Shown here: piece by piece, positions 37,391 through 37,895 of the stretch
Layout: every line of letters starts with the position of its first letter
Numbering within the stretch: the stretch's first letter is position 1
NCBI GenBank assembly: GCA_002778965.1
Contig: PEXX01000036.1
Span: 1-37,895, forward strand
Direction of reading: 5' to 3'
DNA length: 37,895 nucleotides
Source: Candidatus Kuenenbacteria bacterium CG08_land_8_20_14_0_20_37_23
GTDB lineage: Bacteria; Patescibacteriota; Patescibacteriia; UBA2196; GWA2-42-15
The notes under the pieces: model-generated
Database searches by the model: none
What the model saw: the letters and a program-made list of their open reading frames with translations, nothing else
What the model was told of the DNA's origin: nothing
Translations under genes and position numbers: made by a program

Positions 37391-37548
37391 TTAGAGATTA
37401 TTGCTTTGCTCGCCGATTTCATTCATTATTTTTTCAATTACAGATTCAATACTTTCCTGCATATATATATCTCCGCTCAACAAAGCTTTTTCAAATTCTT
37501 CTTCTAAAACTTTCTTTTTTCCAATCTGAATTCTATTTCTTTTTCCAT
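37391..37548 (-). pseudogene. Small acidic helical protein, apparently frameshifted
   Basis: ATG 37548 gives MEKEIEFRLEK. One extra A in the A6 run (37515-37520) joins it to KKVLEEEFEKALL...NNL. Confidence 0.35.
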
Positions 37549-37583
37549 GTGTTTGATAATTCAATGATATTATTTTAAACAAA

Positions 37584-37895
37584 TTATTTAATAAGCTGAA
37601 TCTTCAATTCGTCTAACTGTTCTTGAGAGACTTCAGACGGAGAATCCATCAACGGATCGCGATTGTCAGAGGTTTTAGGAAACGCAATTACCTCCCGAAT
37701 AGATTGTTCGCCAGCCAAAATCATTACCAATCGGTCAAGCCCAAAAGCAATGCCTCCATGCGGCGGCACCCCATATTTAAAAGCTTCCAGCAAATGCCCA
37801 AACTGATTTTGAATTTCTTTGTCAGAATGTCCCAATAATTCAAAAACTTTGTGTAAAATTTCTGGATCATAGGTACGAATTGAACCTCCAGCTAC
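37584..37895 (-). CDS. aspS: Aspartyl-tRNA synthetase, C-terminal part (continues beyond the window)
   Basis: [21 protein letters not shown] (motif 3), IREVIAFPK. Confidence 0.96.
   Translation of the reverse strand, partial: VAGGSIRTYDPEILHKVFELLGHSDKEIQNQFGHLLEAFKYGVPPHGGIAFGLDRLVMILAGEQSIREVIAFPKTSDNRDPLMDSPSEVSQEQLDELKIQLIK

Noticed and set aside
1..37895. tRNA, rRNA, tmRNA, RNase P, transposase, reverse transcriptase, or an alternative genetic code
   Set aside because: No signature motifs were seen. TGA terminates intact genes (for example at 15156), so code 25 is excluded.

Overview
AT-rich bacterial chromosomal segment with hallmarks of a Patescibacteria/CPR (Parcubacteria-like) genome: a VirB2/TrbC-like pilin, an FG-GAP-repeat S8 protease, an O-antigen-ligase/TPR protein, a PEGA protein and a single Xer recombinase. 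The taxonomy is inferred from gene content. TGA is used as a stop, so the genetic code is 11. Most of the window is envelope, glycosylation and housekeeping genes (metK, murA, rmlA, tpiA, scpA/B, aspS, a MacAB-like exporter). The unusual signal is non-coding and concentrated in three places. (1) 1-2.9 kb: a split SsuABC-type ABC operon (inverted ATPase, truncated permease) with a ~365-nt highly base-paired GC-rich element at the break. (2) 10.7-12.9 kb: a switch-like structured leader on metK and a long minus-strand hairpin RNA (6S-like candidate). (3) 15.7-18.8 kb: a Phd/RelE toxin-antitoxin pair, an array of six co-varying palindromes with a shared apex, a NYN RNase gene faced by its own ~75-nt convergent sRNA, and a xer gene with a symmetric dif-like site overlapping its promoter. 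All calls were made by eye; no database searches or folding programs were run.
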